Below are positions 42,642 through 51,718 of a stretch of 64,000 bases of DNA, one piece after another. Numbering within the stretch: position 1 is the stretch's first letter; each line of letters opens with the position of its first letter. The notes beneath the pieces are model-generated. The model did not search any database. It saw nothing but the letters and a program-made list of their open reading frames with translations, and had not been told where the DNA came from. The position numbers and the translations under genes are program-made. This DNA is from Nitrospirota bacterium (GTDB lineage: Bacteria; Nitrospirota; UBA9217): contig CAWJQQ010000001.1 in assembly GCA_963845065.1 (NCBI GenBank), forward strand, positions 288,001 to 352,000, in the 5' to 3' direction.

Positions 42642-42880
42642 TCTTCCCGCGAAGAGTTCAGCTTTTCCGAGAACTATTTATATATTGGCAGAGCTTTGAA
42701 GTGTTGTCAATTTTAAGGACTTGCAACTATGCACTTTATTTCATTCGCGGGTATATGGTATATGTGGTTTGGAACTGAAAAGTGCATTTTGAAAAAAAAT
42801 GTGACATGTTGCTTGAAGGAGTTTTTGAGGTGAATGTAAAAACACTTGGAGCCCGACATTTTATTAATATCATGAATTCA

Positions 42881-43465
42881 TCACTTCATTCTACGCTGCA
42901 CTTCCCGGTACCGGAAGCAATGGATTAAGTGATCGTTAACCATGCCTGCTGCCTGCATAAAGGCATAACAGATGGTGGATCCCACGAACTTGAAGCCCCG
43001 CTTCTTCAGGTCCCTGCTCATAGCGTCCGATTCTTCGGACATTGCCGGGATCTCGGTAATGCGGCGAAGCCGGTGCTGCACCGTCTTGTAGCCGGTAAAT
43101 TGCCAGATGTAGGCATCGAAGGACCCGAACTCCTGTTGGATCTGGAGAAACATTTTTGCGTTGGTTATCGTGGATTCGATCTTCAAACGGTTGCGGATTA
43201 TGCCGTCATCATTGAGGAGACGCTTAACGTCTTTTTCCGAATAACGGGCTACGACCTTCGGATCGAAACCGTGAAAGGCACGGCGGTAGTTTTCCCGTTT
43301 CCTGAGTACGGTGGACCAGGAGAGCCCTGCCTGCGCGCCGTCGAGTACGATATACTCGAACAGTTTTTGATCATCGTGAAGCGGGAGGCCCCACTCGGTG
43401 TCATGATAGGCGACCATGAGAGGATCATCGGAAGGCCAAGGACATCTTTTTGAGTTTTTTTGCAT
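42881..43465 (-). CDS. tag: DNA-3-methyladenine glycosylase I
   Basis: RCPW, YHDTEWG, QAGLSW, GIIRNRLKI, FKFVGSTICYAFMQAAGMVNDH. Confidence 0.95.
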   Translation of the reverse strand: MQKNSKRCPWPSDDPLMVAYHDTEWGLPLHDDQKLFEYIVLDGAQAGLSWSTVLRKRENYRRAFHGFDPKVVARYSEKDVKRLLNDDGIIRNRLKIESTITNAKMFLQIQQEFGSFDAYIWQFTGYKTVQHRLRRITEIPAMSEESDAMSRDLKKRGFKFVGSTICYAFMQAAGMVNDHLIHCFRYREVQRRMK

Positions 43466-43627
43466 TGGGGTTCTCTGAATGCCCGCTTTTGCGTGATCCA
43501 CCGCATTCCGTTAATTAGAAAGCACTCTTTAAGCCTCGTCACGCTCGAGCGTTTGCTTTATGACAGCCACCCTTTTGCTCCACGAGACGGAATTTGTCAA
43601 TGACTTTGAGACACCCCTCGTCCGAAT

Positions 43628-44647
43628 TTAGTGTACTTTTTCCTCGCTCAGAGGGACCGGTTTCGGTTTGTTAATCCAAACTGCAGCCGGTAATGAAGGA
43701 GGAACAGGCGCTTTCTTCACAAACCGTTCAGGATGTGCCTCATACGCGGTGAGAAGCACCTCGCCTCTGGCTTTTTGCACATCCTTCGCAAATCCGTAGT
43801 GGACGGACTCCGGCGTGTGCAGTCCGATGCCGGAGTGATGATGCTCTGTGTTATACCAGGGAAAGAAGATCTGACCGAAACTTCGGCTATCCTCGATGCA
43901 GCCGAATCGGTCGGGGAAGTCCGGCATATACTTGAGCGTCTTGAACTGAGACTCGGAAAATGGATTATCATCACTCGTATACGGTCTGCTGTGGGTCTTA
44001 GTGATGCCCAGATCGGCCAGGAGCAAGGCAACCGGCCTGGACCTCATGGACGAGCCACGGTCTGCGTGAATAGTGAGTTGTCCTTTTTCGATGTTCTGCT
44101 TTGCACAGGTTTCCTTGATGAGTCTTTCCGCCAATGCAGCCGATTCCGCAGGGGCGATCATCCAGCCGACGACGTAGCGGCTGAAGATGTCCAGGATCAC
44201 ATAGAGATAAAAATAGGTCCACTTTGCCGGGCCTAAAAGCTTGGTAATATCCCAGGACCAGACTTGGTTCGGTGCCATGGCCAAAAGCTCCGGCTTCTGA
44301 TACACAGGATGGGTGAGCTGGTTCCTGCGTTCCTTGACCTCCTGGTTTTCTTCAAGGATGCGGTACATGGTGCTTATAGAGCATTGATATGAGCCTTCAT
44401 CCAATAGGGTTGCGTAGACCTCCTGAGGCGCCTTGTCCACGAACCGATCAGAATGGAGGACGTCAAGCACTCCTTGCCGTTCGTCTGAAGACAGAGCACG
44501 CGGAGGGCTCGGACGTTTCAGCGGCTCCATGAGAGGCGCATTTTTCCGCGCCTGCGTCCGGTAGAACCCTGAACGAGGGATATCAAGCGATTCACATGCT
44601 GATTTGATCCCGACATCAGAGGAAAGAGTAAGAGCGGCTTCCATCAC
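43628..44647 (-). CDS. IS3-type OrfB (rve integrase core)
   Basis: WSWDIT, LDIFSRYVVGW, IHADRGS, DNPFSES. Confidence 0.9.
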   Translation of the reverse strand: MMEAALTLSSDVGIKSACESLDIPRSGFYRTQARKNAPLMEPLKRPSPPRALSSDERQGVLDVLHSDRFVDKAPQEVYATLLDEGSYQCSISTMYRILEENQEVKERRNQLTHPVYQKPELLAMAPNQVWSWDITKLLGPAKWTYFYLYVILDIFSRYVVGWMIAPAESAALAERLIKETCAKQNIEKGQLTIHADRGSSMRSRPVALLLADLGITKTHSRPYTSDDNPFSESQFKTLKYMPDFPDRFGCIEDSRSFGQIFFPWYNTEHHHSGIGLHTPESVHYGFAKDVQKARGEVLLTAYEAHPERFVKKAPVPPSLPAAVWINKPKPVPLSEEKVH

Positions 44648-45147
44648 TCGTTCTCTCCATTCTCGTCGGTCGCAATCGGGATCCCCAGAAGCTGTGATAT
44701 TTTTTTTTGAACGTCGTTGATGATTTCTGCCTTTCTGAGGCGATTGGTAAGCCGCTCATTCTCCTTGCGGAGCCTCTCGTTCTCTGCTGCAAGAGGATTG
44801 CGGACTGATTCCTTGCGACCCCGCTTCTTAGGCGCGAGGGCGGATAGTACGCCGCGGTCGCGCTGACGACGCCAGGTGTCGAGATTTGATGCATAGAGTC
44901 CCTCGTGGCGCAGGAGCTTGCCAAGGCATCCAGGTGTGTTGCAGGCATCGGCAAGCGTAAGGACGCGAAGCTTGTATTCAGCCGTAAAACGTCGCCGAGC
45001 GGCTTTAGCCGGAACCTCGGAGTCTGGCAGGATCGAAGGCGCACCTTGAGACGGATTGACTTCTTGCGGGGCTCCGCCCCAGGGAACCTCAGTCGCCCTA
45101 CGAGCTCCTTCGTATCCTTGGGTTGCTTTGATCTTTGCTGCTATCAT
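44644..45147 (-). CDS. IS3-type OrfA (HTH)
   Basis: RRRFTAEYKLR, LRHEGLY..L..WRRQ, coiled coil. A9 run near the 3' end could be a frameshift site. Confidence 0.85.
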   Translation of the reverse strand: MIAAKIKATQGYEGARRATEVPWGGAPQEVNPSQGAPSILPDSEVPAKAARRRFTAEYKLRVLTLADACNTPGCLGKLLRHEGLYASNLDTWRRQRDRGVLSALAPKKRGRKESVRNPLAAENERLRKENERLTNRLRKAEIINDVQKKISQLLGIPIATDENGENE

Positions 45148-45668
45148 AATGATTTCTCCTCCCCGCCCTCTACTCTAATTTACCATAGGGGAGGTGTCTC
45201 AGTTATATTGACACAGAGGGAGAGCACGGATAGTCCCGACGACCCAATTAGGCAACACATCGGTGATCCAGACCAGCCGACTGTGTTTCTCGCTCTCAGC
45301 AAAGACCCGCATAGATGCGTTATGGTGTGTAGCGTCTCCCGACCGCAGCGTAGTCAAACCTGCGAGCTTCATTGTGAACATCAATGATCAACTCGCGCAC
45401 GATCACGTCGTTAGAAAAGGCCACGATTCTGGAGTCTCCCTCAAGGCGAACGTCGATAATGGATCCCGGCGCGAGGCGCCGGTGTACGGCACCAACATCG
45501 CGAACCGCCGACCTTTTGAGGGCGGGCCTCGATCAGGATTACTTTGTGAATAGACGCCACTGTATTGTTTTTTTGATAACATTATTATTAAATCTATTGA
45601 CAAATATATGCCTGATTTTTGGGCCTGTCAACGATGTCGAATGGATTTATCCTAGGTGAACGTTAACG

Positions 45669-45838
45669 AATTTGGAATGAAATCCAAATTGTGCAATCGT
45701 CATTTAATTTAGGATGGATAATTTACTAGTAGTTACGATCGATATTCTTCACATCAATCAAATTAAAATCTCTGTGAGTTGTACCTACAATCTTGCACAG
45801 GCACTTGATAAAAAACGCTTAATGAATACAACTTGGAA
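45669..45838 (+). repeat. Two-box intergenic element, copy C (72-bp spacing)
   Basis: TAGGATG 45710, TACCTACAATCTTGCA 45782. Spacer is closely similar to copies A and B. Confidence 0.78.
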
Positions 45839-45907
45839 ATCTGCATCAACGCCCCAAGCCCAGCGTACGGACACGAGTGCAGTGAGTGGCCGTTCCGCAG
45901 GAGTGCC

Positions 45908-46260
45908 TTATTGGGCGACATCATCGCCATGTGGCACGCATCCCAAGGGCGTACCCAAATACAGTAAAAATCTGATGAACAAAAAAAGAAATAGAGCAGG
46001 CCAGAATATAAATTCAAGTGATATTACCACTGCGAGCGCCAATACCAGAATGTATCTAATCAACACGTCGATCTGATTGGCAACGTATGAGATGACTCCA
46101 ATTATTCCTGTGCTATGTGTTCCAGACAGGATATTGAGCTGTCGCATAATGAAACTGTTTGGCAGCTCTGAAAGCATTACTGCCAATCCCGCTAAAAATT
46201 CGAAAAGAATATGGCCGTGGTAGGTTGATGAAGCCACGCTGTCCGCGGGTCACGCAGTTA
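45908..46260 (-). pseudogene. CDP-archaeol synthase-like (CarS/DUF46) fragment
   Basis: MLSELPNSFIMRQLNI and NQID motifs. N-terminus is missing. Confidence 0.55.
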
Positions 46261-46440
46261 AACGGGTCTATAAAACGGGTAATTTCAAATATTAATACGT
46301 TGGTAAAAATTGTTAGTTTCTTTATATGATCAAGGAGTTTACATATACTCACCTGAATCATACTTTTATCCCATTGACATTAACAAATAGTTGCGCTTTC
46401 TTTAAACTATGAGAAGTAATTTCAAAGAGGGAGAACTATC

Positions 46441-46992
46441 ATGGCAAAACAAGAAGGCAAAATAGACATGCAAGCGATCATGGAAATATACAAGAAAGTG
46501 GGAACGCCAGGCGAGCCTCATAAACTACTGGCGAAACTGAAGGGAAGTTGGACGACCAGGACTAGGGGTTGGATGGAGCCCGACAAGCCGCCGATAGACT
46601 CGACCGGGACGTGCGAACAGAAGCTGGTCCTTGATGGGCATTACCTGCAGCAGGTCTATACTGGCGATATGTTGGGACTCCCATTCACTGGCATAAACCT
46701 CCTGGGACACAATAACCATACCGGGAAGTATGTGTCGGTCTGGCTCGATTCAATGAGCACCGCCATCTATTATTTTGAGGGGACTGCAAGCGCAGATGGC
46801 AAGACCATTACGCAGGAATGCAGCTATGACGACCCGGTAAGGGGCCCCTCAGTCTGGCGCAGCGTGACCAGGATCAGGGACAATAATACCCTGGAGTTCG
46901 AGATGTTCATTACCACTAAGGGAGGCAAGGAAGAGAAGATGATGGAGATGACGGTTTCACGAAAGGAAGCCGTCGCTCGCAAAGCAGCATAG
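46441..46992 (+). CDS. DUF1579 domain protein
   Basis: TPGEPHKLLAKLKGSW, YVSVWLDSMST, KMMEM. Confidence 0.85.
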   Translation: MAKQEGKIDMQAIMEIYKKVGTPGEPHKLLAKLKGSWTTRTRGWMEPDKPPIDSTGTCEQKLVLDGHYLQQVYTGDMLGLPFTGINLLGHNNHTGKYVSVWLDSMSTAIYYFEGTASADGKTITQECSYDDPVRGPSVWRSVTRIRDNNTLEFEMFITTKGGKEEKMMEMTVSRKEAVARKAA

Positions 46993-47241
46993 GGCTGGCT
47001 ACTTTGGGGGACGTTATTCCTATTTTTTCTTAGTTGCTTTCTTATAGTGGCTAGTAGCGCTGAAAGTGAAAGATAAGCAACGAGTGAAACAACGTCCCAG
47101 TGCCTATAAGTTTCTGAAGTAACAATAACAAATCCTTGCATCATAATCTCCCTAATAAGGCTCTTGGCAGCGTTAATACTTTCAGAATGCTTTTTCAAGA
47201 ATTATCTTTCAGTCTCTTCGAGGTACGTCAACTACAGCTAG

Positions 47242-47357
47242 TTCAGGAAGAAGGTCGCATCGCATGTTTCAATGGCAATTCTGTACCTCAGTTCATATAA
47301 TATGAAACTCGACATCACCTACAAGCTTGGATTTGTATTTGATAAAAACGGTTGCAG
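47242..47357 (+). repeat. Two-box intergenic element, copy F (72-bp spacing)
   Basis: CAGGAAG 47244, CACCTACAAGCTTGGA 47316. Confidence 0.75.
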
Positions 47358-47710
47358 AGAGGCCATAAGCGGGACAGGAAAGTTGACAGGGTTGAAGGGA
47401 ACGGGTACGCTTCATATCAAAGCAGTCTCACCGACAGACAGGAATTTTATTCTTGAAGGTGGATTAGTTTCTCCTTAATGACCCGGAACAATGAAAAGCA
47501 AGATCACAAAACAAGGGAGGAATAAACTTACTCCTCCCATTTTGAAAGTATTAACGCATGTTATTTAACTATGCCTTGATCACGAGCAACGCGCAATAAG
47601 CGATGCCGGGAAGGGTGCAGGCCTGATCGGTTTCAACGTGATTTAATTATCACGTTAAAGGCTATGATATTATCGCTGTCACAGCCTTTTAGGAACAAAA
47701 AGGAGAGGAA

Positions 47711-48400
47711 ATGAATAAAATCGGTTATTTTGATGCCAAGCTTTTTAAATTTCTGAGTCAGCTCAAGAAAAACAATAACCGGGAATGGTTTCAGAAAAAC
47801 AAGTCACGATATGAGCAGGACGTGCGTGACCCACTTCTCCGCTTCATCGTGGACTTCGCAACGCCGTTGCATAAAATCAGCAAACACTTTACCGCCGATC
47901 CGCGTCCAATCGGCGGGTCTCTATTCCGCATTTACCGAGATACACGTTTTTCTAAAGATAAGAGCCCCTATAAGACAATGGCTGCAGCTCACTTTCGCCA
48001 CGAAGCCGCTGGGGATGTGCACGCGCCGGGATTTTACCTGCATCTTGAACCGACCGACGTCTCCCTTGCAGCCGGCATCTGGCAGCCCGACAGTGATACG
48101 CTCGCGAAAATCCGTCAGGCAATCGTTTCTCATTCGGAAAGATGGGAACAAGTTACCTCTGGGAAGACATTCAAAAGAACATGGATTTTTTGGGGCGAGA
48201 AACTCAAACGTCCGCCGGCGGGATTCGACCCCAAACATGCTTTCATTGAGGACATTAAACGGAAGGATTTTGTCGTGGTTCACGCGCTTACCGAAAAGGA
48301 TGCGTGCGATAACGGCTTCCTGGATCGGACCGCAGACCTTTACAAAACAGCCGCGCCATTCGTGAAGTTTCTCACCGAGGCAGTGGGGCTAGAATACTGA
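47711..48400 (+). CDS. DUF2461 (TIGR02453) family protein
   Basis: NNNREWF, FRIYRDTRFSKDKSPYK, PGFYLH. Confidence 0.9.
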   Translation: MNKIGYFDAKLFKFLSQLKKNNNREWFQKNKSRYEQDVRDPLLRFIVDFATPLHKISKHFTADPRPIGGSLFRIYRDTRFSKDKSPYKTMAAAHFRHEAAGDVHAPGFYLHLEPTDVSLAAGIWQPDSDTLAKIRQAIVSHSERWEQVTSGKTFKRTWIFWGEKLKRPPAGFDPKHAFIEDIKRKDFVVVHALTEKDACDNGFLDRTADLYKTAAPFVKFLTEAVGLEY

Positions 48401-48616
48401 CGAGTAAGACCATGTCTCATCGTTAACTTCTCTGCGTGAATAGTTGAGTATTTGCGGCGAAGCATTAATATACTTTTTGAGTGCTCTAGCCACGGAGGGA
48501 TGTAAAGTCTCCCCTTTTTTATACGCCCTGCACGATAATATGGGCAAGGATGGGTAGATTCGATTGAAGAATTCAACATGAAACTTACACATTTTCAAGT
48601 CATGCGTTTGGTGCAT

Positions 48617-48776
48617 AATTCAGGAGGATTTATCTCAGTATTTCGAAAAATGTTAAATCCGCTTGATTCAGGATGGGGTGTTGACAGAAAACTTTGTCAC
48701 AAAATGCAATGATACAAAATGAATTCTGCACTTTCGCTAATAGTATATGAATCTCGACTTCACCTACTTTCTTGCA
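48617..48776 (+). repeat. Two-box intergenic element, copy J (92-bp spacing)
   Basis: AATTCAG 48617, CAGGATG 48669, CACCTACTTTCTTGCA 48761. Confidence 0.75.
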
Positions 48777-49038
48777 AGGCATACCGCTTATACGGCAAAA
48801 CTATACCTGTAGATGAATACCGGCCTAGTAGGCCACCCGGGCTGTCGTCTTCTCATATCATATCGGCTATCTACAATTGGAATCTACAAGGTGTCGATTT
48901 TACACCCTCCTCAGAGATATTGTTTACCAAACTATCCGCAGAAAGCCCCTGGTTTTAACCATGGGGATGAAAGCGGGAACTTTGTTTTTCAGCAATTGCT
49001 GGACAAATGTATATCTATATGGTATAGTTGAGCAATCA

Positions 49039-50397
49039 ATGCCAGATAAACTTAAAACTCCAACATTTATCCACGAGTTTCAACTCGTAACAACCCCAAA
49101 AGACAATCGAATGCTTAATGTCCGACTCGAAGCTGGCCGTTATCTATATAATGCCTGTCTTGGTGAAGCGATGAAACGTCTTGCCGCCATGCGTAGCTCT
49201 AAAAAATGGCGTTCAGCGATCAAGAAGAAAAAAAGCAAGCTTAGCACCAAGATGTTTAAGACAGCCAGAAACAAGGCTGAATATACCGAATACCACATTC
49301 ACAACTACGTCGGTATCCTACGTAACTCCTGCTGGATCGGTGACCACATTGACAGCCTGGCCGCCCAAAAGATAGCGACCAGGTCGTTTAATGCCGTTGC
49401 TGACTACGAGTTCGGGAAGCATGGGAAACCACGGTTCAAGCGTCGTGGCTGGATGTCTTCGCTCGAAGGCAAAAACAACAAGTCTGGTATTCGGTGGTGC
49501 GATGACCATGTTGAATGGTCTGGACTTAGCCTTACCTGTGTCTTCGACAAAAAAGACAAGTTTGGCGTTCAGGCACATGCACTTAGCCATGATGTTAAAT
49601 ATGTTCGTTTGGTGAAGAAAACCATCTGCGGTAACGCCTGCTGGTTCGCCCAACTCGTGCTTAAAGGCACGGCCAGGATCAAGCGTGAAAACCAGATTGG
49701 CACCGAAACCGTCGGCCTTGATATTGGCCCATCCACGGGTGCTATCGTTAGCGATACCGATGCGTTGCTCGTAGCATTTTGTCCGGAAGTCGAGATTCCG
49801 TACAAACAAATCCGCGTGGTTCAGCGTAAGATGGCCAGAAGCCTGAGGGCTGCCAACCCGGACAACTACAACGAAGACGGCACGACTAAGACTGGTGCCG
49901 GCAAGGGTAAAAAGCGGTGGATATTCTCTGCTAAATACCGTGCGCTTAAGGCTGAACTAGCCGAGCTACAGCGAGTTTTGGCTGAAACCAGAAAACGGGC
50001 TCATGGCAAGTTAGCCAATGAAATTCTTAAGCTCGGAACCAACATAAAGACCGAGAAACTGTCGTACAGAGCATTCCAGAAACTCTATGGTAAAAGTATT
50101 TCAAGACGCGCTCCGGGGATGTTTATTTCGATGCTTCGCCGCAAAGCCGAAAACGCTGGCGGTAAAGTAACTGAATTTTCTACCCGGAGCACGAAGCTTT
50201 CAGAGACATGCCACTGCGGGGAAGTAGCCAAAAAACCGCTCTCTCAACGGTGGCATGACTGCAACTGCGGGGTAAACACTCAACGCGATCTCTACTCCGC
50301 ATATCTTGCAAAATATGTTTTTGAAAATGTCCTCGACACGCGTCAAGCCGCAGCAGCTTGGCCGGGTGCAAACCTGCTCCTGGAACGGGCGGTGTAG
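49039..50397 (+). CDS. tnpB: RNA-guided endonuclease TnpB
   Basis: RuvC-I VGLDIG, RuvC-II IKTEKL, zinc finger CHCG..CNCG, RuvC-III QRDLYSA, GKPRFK. Confidence 0.9.
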   Translation: MPDKLKTPTFIHEFQLVTTPKDNRMLNVRLEAGRYLYNACLGEAMKRLAAMRSSKKWRSAIKKKKSKLSTKMFKTARNKAEYTEYHIHNYVGILRNSCWIGDHIDSLAAQKIATRSFNAVADYEFGKHGKPRFKRRGWMSSLEGKNNKSGIRWCDDHVEWSGLSLTCVFDKKDKFGVQAHALSHDVKYVRLVKKTICGNACWFAQLVLKGTARIKRENQIGTETVGLDIGPSTGAIVSDTDALLVAFCPEVEIPYKQIRVVQRKMARSLRAANPDNYNEDGTTKTGAGKGKKRWIFSAKYRALKAELAELQRVLAETRKRAHGKLANEILKLGTNIKTEKLSYRAFQKLYGKSISRRAPGMFISMLRRKAENAGGKVTEFSTRSTKLSETCHCGEVAKKPLSQRWHDCNCGVNTQRDLYSAYLAKYVFENVLDTRQAAAAWPGANLLLERAV

Positions 50398-50608
50398 AGG
50401 GTGCAGTTTGAAGCGGCAAATGGTCGGATTCATCCGGCCAGCTTCGGTATTAACAACATGAGAGCCAACACCACGAACCGGAGACAGAGTTGCTTGCCCG
50501 TTAAAAACGGATCAACGATAGTCGATGCCGGCAACGTCTGTATTGTTGCCGAAAAGCCTGTCGGTATTGCCGTTAGAACCCCCTGTCTTTAGACATGGGG
50601 TAGGTCAG
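50398..50608 (+). ncRNA. Putative TnpB omega (reRNA) scaffold
   Basis: About 210-nt noncoding stretch from the tnpB stop to the right end, with hairpins. The 5' boundary is inferred. Confidence 0.6.
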
Positions 50609-50684
50609 GTAATCAACTCATCCCCAAGCTGAGAAGGGACTTTTTGATCCAGCGCTGTTCGCTAACGTAGAGATAAAGGACGTA

Positions 50685-51656
50685 TCATTCCTTAACCGGT
50701 GTCCAAGTCTCATCTGGATCGTACGATTGCATCGCCTGAGTAATCTTCATAGTGTCTGGTCCGAGATTTTTCTGAAAAACCTTGCCTTGCTGGTTGACGA
50801 TAAGGGTCATCACCCCCGACTTGCCCCAGTCTGATGGAAATGCAACCAGGCCGAAGCCACCGACCATGTTGCCATTAATGATGTAATTGTACTTTCCGCC
50901 CGGGGCATGCTCTCCCTGCTTTGTCAGAATCTTGAAATAGTACCCATGAAACGGCGTCGGCTGTTCCTTGAACAGAGACTTTCCCTTTTTATAGCCCTCA
51001 ATCCTGGCCTGTGCCACGAGTTCACCCAAGGGGCTCATCGCATCGCCTGGCACGCGCCTCCAGAAGAGACCATTCTTCTTGCCGGGATCACTCCGTAGTT
51101 TCTGTGCATACGCAAGTATGCCGTCACCATCCCAGTCTTTCAGGACATACTCGCGCTGTGCCTTGACGTAGGTGTGGCAGACCAGTATGGCAGTGAGCTC
51201 GTTCTCACCGACCCTGCGGTTCAGGATCTCTTCTTTGCCAGCTACCGTATCAAAGAACCATTGGTCATCCTTTTTTACTAAGGGAATCGGGAATGGCCAG
51301 TTCTCGTTGCCTATGTAAATGATCACCTTTGAATCATTCTCTTTCACGAGGCTTGTCTTCTCTGCTATGTGTTTGGCAAATTTCTCAAAGTCGGTGGCAG
51401 CCTGCACCTTGTCATTAGAGCCAAGGTCTTTTGCGAAAGGTCCGAATATCTGATCGAGAGCAGCCTTGTCTTTTGCCTTAACAGCCTCAATGAGTCCTTT
51501 CAAAGCATCTTCGGGAGAGGAAAAAAGTTTTTGCGATGCTGCCGCAATAAGCGGCATGCTCAAGACAACGACCGACACTGCGGTTATCAATAGGGCAGCA
51601 ATAAAAATCATACCTCGTGATGAAAGAGATATGGTTTTCTGTTGAATTGTTTCCAT
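50685..51656 (-). CDS. DUF2950 domain protein
   Basis: WPFPIPLVK, EILNRRVGENEL, PFHGYYFKIL, SGVMT. Confidence 0.9.
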   Translation of the reverse strand: METIQQKTISLSSRGMIFIAALLITAVSVVVLSMPLIAAASQKLFSSPEDALKGLIEAVKAKDKAALDQIFGPFAKDLGSNDKVQAATDFEKFAKHIAEKTSLVKENDSKVIIYIGNENWPFPIPLVKKDDQWFFDTVAGKEEILNRRVGENELTAILVCHTYVKAQREYVLKDWDGDGILAYAQKLRSDPGKKNGLFWRRVPGDAMSPLGELVAQARIEGYKKGKSLFKEQPTPFHGYYFKILTKQGEHAPGGKYNYIINGNMVGGFGLVAFPSDWGKSGVMTLIVNQQGKVFQKNLGPDTMKITQAMQSYDPDETWTPVKE

Positions 51657-51718
51657 AGTTTTCTCCCTGTTTAAATGCGATTTAGCTGAACACGGTTGAA
51701 GCAAATCCGTTGTGGCTT

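Larger units (their letters stand above)
43588..45220 (-). mobile_element. IS3-type insertion sequence (~1633 bp), 3-bp TSD AGA
   Basis: IR cores TGTCAATGACTTTGAGACACC / TGTCAATATAACTGAGACACC. AGA at 43585-43587 and 45221-45223. Excision restores the host frame. Confidence 0.82.
43529..45560 (-). pseudogene. SRPBCC-family protein, frameshifted and split by the IS3-type element
   Basis: ASIHKVILIEA...VRDVGAVHRRLAPG...THHNASMRVF...LVWITDVLP..GTIRA. Resumes beyond the IS as LVEQ...IKQTLER. Confidence 0.75.
48928..50608 (+). mobile_element. IS200/IS605-family TnpB-only (IS1341-type) element inserted 3' of TTAC
   Basis: Left end TTAC|CAAACTATCCGCAGAAAG-CCCCTGGTTTTAACCATGGGG. Right end GAAC-CCCCTGTCTTTAGACATGGGG-TAGGTCAG|. 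No tnpA and no TSD. Confidence 0.85.

Noticed and set aside
26075..47478. Small ORFs containing TYNLA/TYKLG (26075, 45714, 47272) as a peptide family
   Set aside because: Similarity is limited to box 2, starts are inconsistent, and 82/91/92-bp spacings break frame. Not fully excluded without RNAcode.
13934..48776. CRISPR array or classical attC explanation for the two-box elements
   Set aside because: Copies are kilobases apart, highly diverged and non-palindromic. No cas genes are present.
48877..49038. N-terminal 54-aa extension of TnpB in the ORF track
   Set aside because: Runs across the element's left end. ATG 49039 is the likely start.
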